A program made the position numbers and the translations under genes. From assembly GCA_051599415.1 (NCBI GenBank), contig AP039703.1, forward strand, positions 124,001 to 188,000: a stretch of DNA of 64,000 bases, in the 5' to 3' direction. Positions 23,601 to 33,418 of the stretch are shown in pieces (positions within the stretch are counted from its first letter, which is position 1; each line of letters begins with the position of its first letter). The stretch comes from Savitreella phatthalungensis. Taxonomy: Eukaryota. The notes beneath the pieces were generated by a model. The model saw only the letters and a list, made by a program, of their open reading frames with translations. It ran no database searches and was not told the DNA's origin.

Positions 23601-24076
23601 GGCAGGGCTACAAAGAGACCTGGCTCCTGTTGGAGGGATGCGTTCGGGATGAGCGCGCCCAGGAGGAAGTCCTCTCCACGGGGCAATGGGAATGTCAAGA
23701 TTGCTGGTGACGTCGATGTGGACGCGTATGGGAAGATGTAGGCGGAATCTGAGGATAGCAGTAGACCGTGACCTTCGGAAGCATTGCCTGTGAAGTTATT
23801 ACCGCGAGCGAACACCTGACTCAGAGAAGAGACCAGTCGCGAGACAGCGTAGCTGGATGTTTTGCTCCATTCAACAACGCCTGGCAGAGGTGTTGTTATC
23901 GTACCGTGATCCCTCTTCGCATTACGGCTGCTTTGAAAGCCTCCGTCAGGCTGCACACTCATCGTTGAAGGCGTCGGTGAGCCTGGAGCGGCAAATAGAG
24001 CCGGTGTTGCTCTGGTTGTGGCATCTGCAGCAACGGATCGCCCGCTTGGGCGTGAGCCTGCACCTCTGTGGAGCAT
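20630..24076 (-). CDS. NUP133: Nucleoporin Nup133/Nup132
   Basis: 1148 aa; N-terminal beta-propeller-like half (VVLATSSGRLLHVSLRD..GK) and helical C-terminal half (LEQAVFFG, ALEVGERYRDFRSLVEIC, SWMND, LSIAKL). Confidence 0.85.
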   Translation of the reverse strand: MLHRGAGSRPSGRSVAADATTRATPALFAAPGSPTPSTMSVQPDGGFQSSRNAKRDHGTITTPLPGVVEWSKTSSYAVSRLVSSLSQVFARGNNFTGNASEGHGLLLSSDSAYIFPYASTSTSPAILTFPLPRGEDFLLGALIPNASLQQEPGLFVALPSSGQVGYWPSLNSALAPRTGIEGRVSLSSGETITRLCNAGAAGVVLATSSGRLLHVSLRDGAGKAHVKVGSLASTGGWLGVILSAASRRDIVSLRAGQAVTREQRQVLAITRRGTLSIWEVARGGVSSNRNLLEVDLAGLLAAEGMTAVLDLAAYPLVESAVLILVQAGQDQVKLLGVRFDDQAVPTVFVRKAIGHVENAQLYLPNPGQTVFIVGERDVVLCSPGQQDLPCQYVKLANDAGIVGVGIEDQLRGKRNAGVVLLTRGAGVLRFEVFDGRLLPSAAASIKSHLEQAVFFGPLDGSPLSYTPPPKKADDAALELSGEILRGQSPFLPSSASLSEALEARVKALESLAEFAGSELSSATLARLSRDAEQAFAADALWKSVNRRVSTTNIMSRLVPGSTAVTAQNTADADPVRAFFATRTDSIAQLVTAAHKASIDALASSVQQQQAADTVLEANEVILTILLSAIEFRDAHPEYRLSELTLPLWTSSNEVLLATSVQYDATLRFAGSWKDGSKDGEALRDQLVGLANANCRIMQDKVQRDKSSEGKYIESRSKWLRGLVESSRTASALEVGERYRDFRSLVEICHDQGESASDEDVVNAVIRRLEWYLHTFDYDFAAVLWQYYLDKRQYYNLLHEFPSWRHHLTRFFKEHAHPTVSWMNDVANDNYESAALALQQVEESRLDKSRVQLSIAKLCALVENEDAPVELARRIARLDKLKKWSGIVRAASADAIDADAAVELALDELGAPGQSRDEYAGALAPALARLLQNEAPSAIEAADLLSHFVQSEATDAPYFDALLILACTSQRQLLAPQAEFWRKVVWRRAILADDWVRIADTRAATDAQMRARLTGTVLFATVRACLLHNASPSATELQLTVEVLPPRQAYHADLPQATAHLSNDDVKRFHHRAITENERLDNLEGAHNLQRWFDATVRSAQDSLAAEQGELDRKEVESGVQNPEDDEEEEDYVHVNGDDATASQDVDMA

Positions 24077-24370
24077 CGTTCGCGTCAGATAAGCCCTATC
24101 ATGCCCTTCACACGGTACTCAGGTGACTCAGAAGCCTGTAGACAACGTCAAGGTCAAGGAAGAGGACGTGTAGGTAGTGTTGCTGCTGCTGATGTTCTTG
24201 GTCTGTTGTACTGCTGAGTTTATGCATCCTCGTGCTACCTGTGTAGACCTGCATCAGGTTCTGTGCAAGATTTGTGTGCCAATGAAAAGTCATGCACAAA
24301 ATACGCGCTTGAGAAATGCTCATTCACAACAGGTGGTCTCGGTAGACGCTGCAGGCCAGCATCTAGTGCT

Positions 24371-25516
24371 ATGGCTATGCTGCTAGCTATAAAGAGAGCG
24401 TCGTGCTGCTCAGGCAGGGGATTACAGGCTCGGTCTTTGTGTCAGAGCATTAGATATCAGCGACTTGGATTACGTACGCTACAGACAACCAGACCGGAGA
24501 TCCCAGCAGAGGACGGTCGAACATCACTCGCGCAATCTTCAACGGTGGGTCTCACGACAGCTTCCTTGGATGCTACACAACCGATCGCTGTACCGCCTCG
24601 GATACAGAGGTCGAAGCTGCAAGCGTATGCTGCCTTGATCCGTGTCCATGCGCCAATCGGTACAACACTCCTGTACATCCCCTGCGCTCAATCGATTCTG
24701 CTAGCCGGGAATGTCGCCGGAGTGCCTGTTGGAACGACAGCGCAGATGTTGGCACTGTTCGGAACTGGCGCTTTCTTGATGCGCTCTGCTGGTTGCGTTA
24801 TTAACGACTTGTGGGATCGGGACTTGGACATCAAAGTGTCCCGAACGGCGACGAGGCCAATTGCGTCGGGAGAGATTGCGCCGCGCGAGGCAATTGTCTT
24901 TCTCGGTGGGTTGCTGACTGGAGGACTCGCTGTCCTGCTGCAGCTAAACACCTACTCGATTGCTCTTGGCGCAGCATCACTCGGACTTGTCGTCGTCTAT
25001 CCGCTGATGAAGCGTATCACATATCTGCCACAGCTTTTCCTCGGTGTCGCTTTCAATTGGGGCGCTCTACTCGGATACCCAGCTGCGACAGGTGTCCAGG
25101 ACTGGTCTGTTGTCCTGCCGCTATATGCATCCGGCGTGGCGTGGTGTGTTCTGTATGATACGATTTACGCGCATCAGGATGCGAAGGATGATGTAGCGGC
25201 AGGAATCAAGAGCTCGGCTCTATGGTTCGGTGACAAGACCAAGCCGGTGCTCTGCGGCTTGGCTGCAACACAATTTGCAGCGCTGGGTTATCTTGGGATC
25301 ACAGCTGACCTTGGAGCAGGATATGCGGCAGGATCTGTCTTGGCAGCCGTATATACCGCGTACATGATCCGGTCTTTGAACATCCGGGATCCAGCGGACT
25401 GCGGTGCCTGGTTCAGAAAGAGCCAGTGGATCGGTTGGCTCGTCGCAGGTGGACTTCTGGTCGACTATGCAGCGATGCAGCTGAAGGACGATGAGGAGAG
25501 TGATGTGGTAAGCTAG
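24371..25516 (+). CDS. COQ2: 4-hydroxybenzoate polyprenyltransferase, mitochondrial
   Basis: UbiA motifs MRSAGCVINDLWDRDLD, RPIASG and YDTIYAHQD..DD; R-rich presequence; multiple TM helices. Start at ATG 24371. Confidence 0.96.
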   Translation: MAMLLAIKRASCCSGRGLQARSLCQSIRYQRLGLRTLQTTRPEIPAEDGRTSLAQSSTVGLTTASLDATQPIAVPPRIQRSKLQAYAALIRVHAPIGTTLLYIPCAQSILLAGNVAGVPVGTTAQMLALFGTGAFLMRSAGCVINDLWDRDLDIKVSRTATRPIASGEIAPREAIVFLGGLLTGGLAVLLQLNTYSIALGAASLGLVVVYPLMKRITYLPQLFLGVAFNWGALLGYPAATGVQDWSVVLPLYASGVAWCVLYDTIYAHQDAKDDVAAGIKSSALWFGDKTKPVLCGLAATQFAALGYLGITADLGAGYAAGSVLAAVYTAYMIRSLNIRDPADCGAWFRKSQWIGWLVAGGLLVDYAAMQLKDDEESDVVS

Positions 25517-26253
25517 ACGGTCGATCTACTGGCATCTTCGGCAAACGCTTTGTGGTCCTTTGGATTCGCAAAGGCTTCATATGAGATGGCGACGAGTGCG
25601 TCCTTCAGCTCTGTATATTCACCGCGAAGTCCGAGGTACAAGATTGCTGTTGCTTCTTCGTCGTCGGACCAGTTGTCCGCAAAGAAAAGCGTCAACGTGC
25701 GAACCTGGACAGGTCAGTAAGTGTCTCTCAAGATTGGAGGTCGGGTCAATTTTACGTTGCTGTATAAACGAGTCTTGACAGGATACTCGATCAGATCTGA
25801 TGCACTCTCGTAGTACACGCATTCGAAGGTCTCTGTAGGAGTAGCTTCTTCGATATTGCTAAAGTCGAGCTCCGGCTTGTTGATGTACACTTTGAGATCT
25901 TTTGGTGCAGCCCGAGTCGGGGGAGATCTGATAAGAATGCTCTTCAGCTTGATACTCCCGTCTGCTATCGGTATGTGTACGATGATCTGCTCGTCTGCGT
26001 CGCTGTTAAGTTCGGGAGTTGTGGCAAAGCGTTCTTTCCATTCTCGGACTGTGAGCTTTGCAGAACCTGTCACAGCTTCGTTGAGCGCTCTGACGTTGTC
26101 AACGTCGATGTACTTGCGTAGTGATTGAGCAGCATTTGTTTCTTCCGGTGGAGCATCGTGGTCGTGATCATGATCGTGGTCGTGGTCGTGATTGTGCTGG
26201 TAGTCTCGATGATCCGCTTCACGCTCGCAGACGTGTCCGTGCGAGTGTGGCAT
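25513..26253 (-). CDS. PITH-domain protein (PITHD1-like); 2 exons: 26253-25756 and 25704-25513
   Basis: SL..YID, LNE, SDADEQIIVHIP and LDFS. A 51-nt intron (GTAAAA...TACTGAC...CAG, 25755-25705) joins YSN|VRTLTLFF..NW...LYLGLRG...YEA.ANPKDH. Confidence 0.9.
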
Positions 26254-26579
26254 CCTGGGCGACAATTGTTCAGCAACAGCACAGAAGGTCTAATCACTGT
26301 AGATGCCGGCTTGCTTTACTGAACGAGAGACAGTCTTCCATGGGCAGGATGGTTGCAGCTTGTAAGGACGAGTGTGCTGTATGTTGGCGTGGGTAAGAGT
26401 GAGTGCATTGTTTGATCAGTCACGTGCACATGACGTCTGTTCGAATCACGTGGACAATCATTGGATATTCTTACTGCCACCCGCACAAGCATCACATCCT
26501 AACACCAGGTCAAATTGAAGCAAGCAAGCAGGCAGGTCGGCGACCGAGCTCCTTGGACGCTTGCTGTACTAGACAGAGA

Positions 26580-27959
26580 ATGGTGACGATATCTAATCAC
26601 ACGCCAGCGCGCCGAATTGCTGCACTTGACTCTGACACGCTCGGCTGGAGTCAGCGGAGGCGTGTTGTGAAACGAACTTACGGCAAGCGTCACCTTGTTC
26701 CACTTTTGGTCGGCAGGAAGTGGACGTCGTTCAAGCGAGCTGCGCTAGAACAACGCAAGCGCAAATCTTCTGGACGTCTCAGCAGTCGGCCACTCACTCA
26801 GGAATACCACGGCAGAAGAGTGACAAGAGCGTCGGTCTTGGCCAGGGCCGCTGCTGGCGAAGATGAAGAACTCGTTGATCGGCGGTCAATAGATGCTCAA
26901 GTACAGAGCCCTGATGTGACTGATTCAGCAGCATCGCCTGCAATTCAAGAGGTACTGAGGTGGCCCGTGTCGCTGCGATCGCCACAGTCGGCCCAGGGGA
27001 CGCACACATCAGGCTCTCAAGGATATTTGTTGCCCTCGAGTATCACGCGACCTGTGGCACCCACACAATCAACACCATTCAGGGCGATTCCGCTTGTGCT
27101 TAGCCCTCTGCGTGTGTCTACGACACCAAGTACCAGCTTGAACGCTGCTTACGGGCTGCACGTCACATCACCTGGAGGGCTGCCTTCGAGCGGGGACACG
27201 TTACTTCGCAGCTCTCCTCTGGTGTCAAGCCGTGCTCGCAGGATTCCCACACAGCACGCGCCCGCCCTGCAACAGCGCAAGCCACGTGCAAGGCAATTCA
27301 CTGCGACGATTGACTCCGCGGTCAGCTCGCCGCTAAGTATGTCTGATCTGTTGGGCAAAAGCCACGTGCGGAAATACGGTAGCCTGCCTGCACAAAAGCT
27401 AGTCAGGATAAAGAGACAGTGGGAGGCAGACCGACCCAGTTCTCCATCGAGCTTTTCTGACCTGCTGCCTGATCGTCGTCGCTCTGGCAGTCTAAGACTG
27501 AGCACACTTGATTGCGGAAACACGCTGCCACACCGGCGTCATCGACACACCGGTCACTCGCCAGGTGACTTTGCAAGCCTGCTACCTGTACGACCGCGAC
27601 AGATCTCGATCGTTCCCTCCAGAATCACTGGCCCAAGGAGATCGTCTCTGGGAAGCTCTCCGACGAGCATGTCAGACATGCTATCTCACCGGCAATCGAG
27701 TGTGCGTGGGAATTCCCGTGTCCTCCACAACCAGCCAAGGAAGACGAGGACTTCGTCGTTGCATCGGCAGGTACTCAAATCACTCGTTGCTCGACGCGCC
27801 TCCACCACAAAACTCCCTCACAAGCCACGACTTCAACTACGTCGATCCGAAGGACAATCACACGTGCCCGGACTATCCCGAGGCAGCATCGGCAGGAAAA
27901 GCATCAACAACAATGTCCACGAACCGGTAGAAGACGGTAGTCTAGAACTGGATTTCTGA
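26580..27959 (+). CDS. Hypothetical basic Ser/Arg/Pro-rich disordered protein
   Basis: About 459-aa ATG-initiated ORF; RTYGKR motif; internally repeated S(M/F)SD(L/M)L segments; no family recognised. Confidence 0.55.
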   Translation: MVTISNHTPARRIAALDSDTLGWSQRRRVVKRTYGKRHLVPLLVGRKWTSFKRAALEQRKRKSSGRLSSRPLTQEYHGRRVTRASVLARAAAGEDEELVDRRSIDAQVQSPDVTDSAASPAIQEVLRWPVSLRSPQSAQGTHTSGSQGYLLPSSITRPVAPTQSTPFRAIPLVLSPLRVSTTPSTSLNAAYGLHVTSPGGLPSSGDTLLRSSPLVSSRARRIPTQHAPALQQRKPRARQFTATIDSAVSSPLSMSDLLGKSHVRKYGSLPAQKLVRIKRQWEADRPSSPSSFSDLLPDRRRSGSLRLSTLDCGNTLPHRRHRHTGHSPGDFASLLPVRPRQISIVPSRITGPRRSSLGSSPTSMSDMLSHRQSSVRGNSRVLHNQPRKTRTSSLHRQVLKSLVARRASTTKLPHKPRLQLRRSEGQSHVPGLSRGSIGRKSINNNVHEPVEDGSLELDF

Positions 27960-29205
27960 CAGTCGGAGACGCTGAAGAATTCCGACTACTTCCGCGCGGT
28001 CTCTCGCGTTCCGCGTATAGGAGCTGATGCCAGGAGTTGTCACATCATGTATATGTCTTCCGAGAATGACGTCCTCTGTAGTTTTTGAGGTAGGTATTCC
28101 CAATTAGGCAGTCTCCTGTCGGGTTGTCAAGATCTGAAGTTATTTCCCCTACTCGTGCTCGATCGATTGGATCGCCGACTGAATCAATTCTCATAAAAAT
28201 AAATTTCTCCCCAATTGGCTAGCTAAGATGACGTCAATATGCCAGCCAAGCCCTGCCAAGCCAGCCAGCCAGCCTGCCGAGTCGAATTTCCCAGCCTGAC
28301 ACATACCCACACACAGTCTGTCGGTAAATTAGGGGACGCATCAATCACTCTCAATCACTCACACATTCATGACTAACGGAAACACTACCACGTGTCCGCA
28401 TTCACTGGTATACAAGGATATTTACCACTTGCAGGCCCCTCGCAGGCGAGCACAGTAGGGTGTTGTCCCAAGAAGTGCTTCTAGGCGAGTGTCGTGTCAT
28501 GTGCGGGTGGGTTTCAAATTTTGAGTGATGTCGGTAAAGAAAGAGGTAGGAAAGGCGATGTCTCACGTCGCTTCCTTCGCCTGGTATTCCGATCCGCGGG
28601 TCCATGGAAACGAGAATCGAGCGATGACGAATTTACTTGGTACAGAATAAGGAGCCGAGCTCATGTGATACATTTGTCACGTTCATACGTAAGCTCGGAA
28701 CGGACACTGCCTTGCTTCAGGAGAAATGCACGCACAGTATGTGACATCAACTCGACTTTGTGTACCGCGAGATAATGGGTATTGAATGCTATAAGAAGAG
28801 TTCCGAATACTAGGCGGCCTAGCAGAGCCTCCTGATGGTAAATCAGGAGCCGGCTAGTTCGCTTTCGCTTCGTCTTCTGTCTGTAGTGATTGTCTAAACT
28901 GGGACGAAACCGTCTCGTCTCACCTCTTCCGAAGGAGCAGGCTACAGAGGTCGTCTTGATTGTGACGTGAGTAGGGGTTGGATAGGATGCTGTTTGAAAT
29001 GATAATGATGTGATGATGAAGGAGGAGTTTATTTTTTTTTCGTCACGGTGCCCGATGGGACTGGCTCCGGCTTGTGGTCATTGTCGATGTTATTTTCTGA
29101 TGCGGTCGTGCGTGAGTAGTGGTGGTGTCCAGCGTGTTCGTTGGGTCGTCGTCATTGAAGTGTTTTCGTCTTAATGCTGCGCATGTGCTCATCGTCCTCT
29201 CAAGG

Positions 29206-29640
29206 TTAGAAGGCGTAGCGGAGCGGACGGCGGTTGCGCCAGATCGAAGTGTTCTCCCCTGATGCAGGGCTGTTCGTGCTCGTGCCAAGGGCATACGAGA
29301 TCGACGTCGCTGGCAGGGAGGTGAGCTTCTCAAGTGCACTGATGAGCGGTAGGCTTGGCAGGGTAGATGACCTGGCAGGTGCGAATTGAGGTGACGAGTG
29401 AGGTGTGGTCGTGGTCGACGAAGCTGGCGAGGCTGCCGCGTACACATGGCTGCCATGGTGATTGTGAGCTTGGGGGAACGCTGATGCTTGATACTCCACA
29501 ACAGAAGACTTGCGCTCCGTGAGAGAGACGTCGCTAGACCTGCGTGCTTCATGCTCGAGATCACTCATGCGGCAGGTCTGTGAGCAGTAGACACCACCAA
29601 GGGTGTGCTTGCTGCAGATGAGGCAGTAGTCAGAGTCCAT
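29206..29640 (-). CDS. Ecl1-family protein (extender of chronological lifespan)
   Basis: MDSDYCLICSK...YCSQTCRMSDL is the Ecl1 four-Cys motif (C..C...YCS..CR..D), followed by a Ser/Pro-rich tail. Confidence 0.85.
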   Translation of the reverse strand: MDSDYCLICSKHTLGGVYCSQTCRMSDLEHEARRSSDVSLTERKSSVVEYQASAFPQAHNHHGSHVYAAASPASSTTTTPHSSPQFAPARSSTLPSLPLISALEKLTSLPATSISYALGTSTNSPASGENTSIWRNRRPLRYAF

Positions 29641-32600
29641 TTCTGTCTGTGCGTACGAATGTGTCTGTGTGCGTGTGTCTGTGTGAGATTGTGAAGACAA
29701 AGTGATGCTTCTTTACTGGAGTGTGTTGCTTGTCTGGGTGTAGAAGTCTTGTGGACAGACTACTACTTTATAGACTGTGTGGATGATTGATGTGTTGGAG
29801 GTTATGACTCTTTTGAATGAGTAACCTTATCGGTTGGTGGTGCAATGTGGTGCAATCTGATGAGGTGCAAGGCAGATTTAGTAAGATTTGTGACAGTGAT
29901 GGGGAATGTCGCGCAATCTGATGATCTCCTCTCCAGTTGTGAGCGAGTGTGATGGAAGGTGGGGAGTTGGATCGATGGGACTGATAAGCAGATGTCGTGA
30001 TGTGTCGACAAAGGTGCGTGAAATGGTGGAAGGAATGGTCTGGTTCTGTGTGTATGGTTGATTCGTGGCAGATCCTTCACTTTAGTACTCCAGTAGCGGT
30101 AATGGTAAGAGGGTGTAAGCGTCTGTGTGTGTAGGTATTTCTGACCCTGCTGTCTACGCGGACAGTACCACTGTGGCCTCCTTAGACTTTCTCCAACCTC
30201 GTTTCGTCCTTAGGCCGGAGGAAGCGAAGAGATGAGATGGATTCTTTGTGGAAGGGTGTTTCTGTCTAGAGATGGAAGGTAAGATTTTGTGAGTGACTAA
30301 AACGGGAAGGTCAAATAAATGAGTGTAGTGAGTGTAGTGAATGAGTGAGTGAGTGAGTGCGTGAGTATGTAAGTGCAGTAAGTAGGTCATTGGCCAAGTC
30401 ATCTCCCTCAGAAACGAGAAAATAATATGATGACCGCCAAGGCATGTAAAACCACACGGGTAACAAATCGCAGACCGAGAGCAGAAGCAGCAGTACGAGG
30501 AGTAGCAGGAGCGGCAGTGGCAGTGGGAACGGCAGTGGCAGTGTGCCAGGCGCAGTAGCACCAATGAAATTTCTTCAAGGACAAAAGAACGAGATGATGA
30601 ATGAATGAGATGACTGATGAATATGATGAATGATGAATAAATCATCAACTGAGAACATTGACCGTCATTAGCTATCTAGGAGTCAGACTTCAGGTCTGTG
30701 TGCGGCTGCAGCCTTGTTCCACCTGGATTCATCTTCGTAGAAGTCAACAGGGTCATTTTAGTAAGTGAAGCAAGAAGAGGTCGGGTGGAAAATAACGAGG
30801 GAAGAAAACTTCATTACTCATAGATTCGCTGTTGACCGAGCAAAGGGAACGTGACCACTTGACCTAGCCCAGATTCTCTCGCAACACCTCCAGTATCGAT
30901 TGTGCAATTCACTCACTCCTTCGACAGGATGAAAAAGGTCACTCACCAATTCGACCTTGTGAATCTATGTAAGCTGGACAGATCCCGTATAGAGTCATGT
31001 TGTAATTTCTGATTCATATTAGGAAAGAATCAGTCAGATGAATGGGTCAAACCTTCGTCAAAACGTCAAGCCATTGCGCCATTTGTTTTGTACTTTTTGC
31101 ATCGAATCTGATATAGGTCTGGACTTGTTTGCCAGCCAAGCCACTACGGGAGCGTCAAAATGCCTGCACGGCATGACGCATCATCTGATTCGTTCAACCT
31201 TCTTCATTTCTCTCCACTTTCGAATTACCCCTTAAGCAAACCAATTCATATATCAATTGTTCCAAGCGCCAGTTCAAATATCTCACCCAGATCTCTCTCT
31301 TACACTCCTCCAGTCACATCTCGATCCGGAGTACAAGCTCAAACGAAGAATCTCGATTCACGCTTGCCCATGCATGTTCTATTGATAGGTGGCATGTAAT
31401 CTGATGAGTGTATACTTGAACAATTCTTTCATCTTTGACTAATCCTTCTACTCTCTTCTTCGAGCACTTCATACCTGTACCGTAACCAGGAGTGGTCACC
31501 TGTCAAGAACGTGTTCGTTCCCGCTGCACGAGCGGCGTCTGGGGTTCAAAATCAAATAAAATCAATTCCCCTACAGCCTCCTATCGCCAGTCTGACTTCA
31601 AACTTGAATTGGCCTAGCTTGGCTACTGCTTATGCTTTCCTTGGCCTCCTTCGGTACTTTGCCGTTACCAAAGACTCCAGTTTGAACCAATAGAAGAATA
31701 GCATGCAAAGCACGCCTTTACACCACCAATGCACGCACGCACGCACACCACTACCACCACACCACCATCATCATTCACACGCAAGCACGCACAGACATAT
31801 CCTTTCCCTCCCCACCCACCAAGCCAAGAAGAATGAGACAAAGAAAGTAATGTTTATAATGATCACTACTGTGAATGGCTTCTTTGAGGTCTGCATAGAT
31901 TGTTGAGACCATGTTGCATTACATTTGGATCTATTACTCCTCACACCTGCGCGCATCCTTGTCGGAGATTATCTGAGCAGCAGCGCCCGTGTCGATTGAC
32001 CAAACAGGAGTCGTGAAAGCTTCCACCTGGCTCACTGGTATGTAGATCGGCCTGTTCAAGCGAGCAAGACAAAAAAAATACTCGACCCTCGTGGCACTAT
32101 TTACGGGCTTTCTGCAAACAGTAATGGGAAAAGTCAACCAGGACAAGAGTATCACAGAGATAGACCCGTCAGAGAATGTGTAATTAGGAGAATCGCGAGC
32201 GCGATGGTCGCCCAATCAGCCATCTCCGTCCGTGCTCGGGGAGTGTTAATTCGATGGACAAGTGAGCTCATGATGTATGGATCATGCGACGAGAAGCCTG
32301 ATCATCATTGACCTCATCTGATCAGAACTGAAAGGCGAGAGCAAGCTCTGCATACTGTCATCAATTAACACCTCGTTGCCGTAGCCGTACTCGTATTCAT
32401 GCTTTTTACTCTGTGCTAGGAACGTGGTCAGGGGGGAAGTGTGGTAATTTAGGAGGTCGCGTGATCTAGAGGACTTCCCTATTCCGTTCGCTCACCTGAT
32501 CAGTGTTGTGTAAAGGAGGTCTACTACGCTCGTAAGAGGCAAAATCAATCAAGTCAGCCCGTTCGTACCGACCCCATGACCGAAATGTACCCGTCATCCA

Positions 32601-33418
32601 AAACCTCGGATCACTCGGACACTGTCAAAATCACAAAAACGAAAGTTGGGGTAATTACTCCGATCGGTCCGGGGAATATTTCATGCCGATCACCGAATCT
32701 CTCTCTCTCTCTCTCTATTTCAGGTTGTAAGCGAGTCTAGAGTTTGATTGACCTACAACTATCGTATCAATCAATTCACCAATTTGTTGACGGTGCATTG
32801 ATTGATTACTTTCAATTTCAGAATTCCTGTTTTGCGGCAATAGATTGACAGTCTATGCGTACGCTAACCGAAGGCCAGAGTCCACACTGACCTGCCTGCA
32901 TCCCTGTACCCGCGCTCATGCATACATTCATGCATACGCCAGGCGTCTAGCCAATGTCTCACCTCTGCGAGTATCCCACCCCACTGTTCACTGACGCCCA
33001 GACTATCTGCGATGCACGGACTACACTGCACGGACTCCCGTCTGCGCGGACGCACACGCGCTCGCTCCCATGCTCCATCAGGTGCGTCAGTGACGCGCGG
33101 GGCTGGGAAGCGATCGGTCCGTGCGTGTGTGGGGAGTGCAGCGGCGTCATCGGCACGGAACTCGGGTATGACGGTGCGGAGTTTGTGTTGGCGTTTTGCG
33201 GATGCCGGAGCGGATGGATAGGTGGTGAGTGGTTGTGTGCACAGCCTCGCCGAGCCCACCTGAAAGTCAAGCACTCTTGCATGACCCCGGATTTTCCTCC
33301 CGAAGTCCCACGGTCTCGAAACACGGGGTAATACAATTTGTAGAAATTCGAGCTGTCACGATATACACCACATCCACCTCAATTCCAAGATGCACGATGG
33401 ATTCATTTTTGATCGCCA

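Noticed and set aside
30648..30700. CTGAGA as a possible TPP riboswitch seed
   Set aside because: It lacks the downstream CUUGAU/AUACCAGCG-type elements, and there is no thiamine gene nearby.
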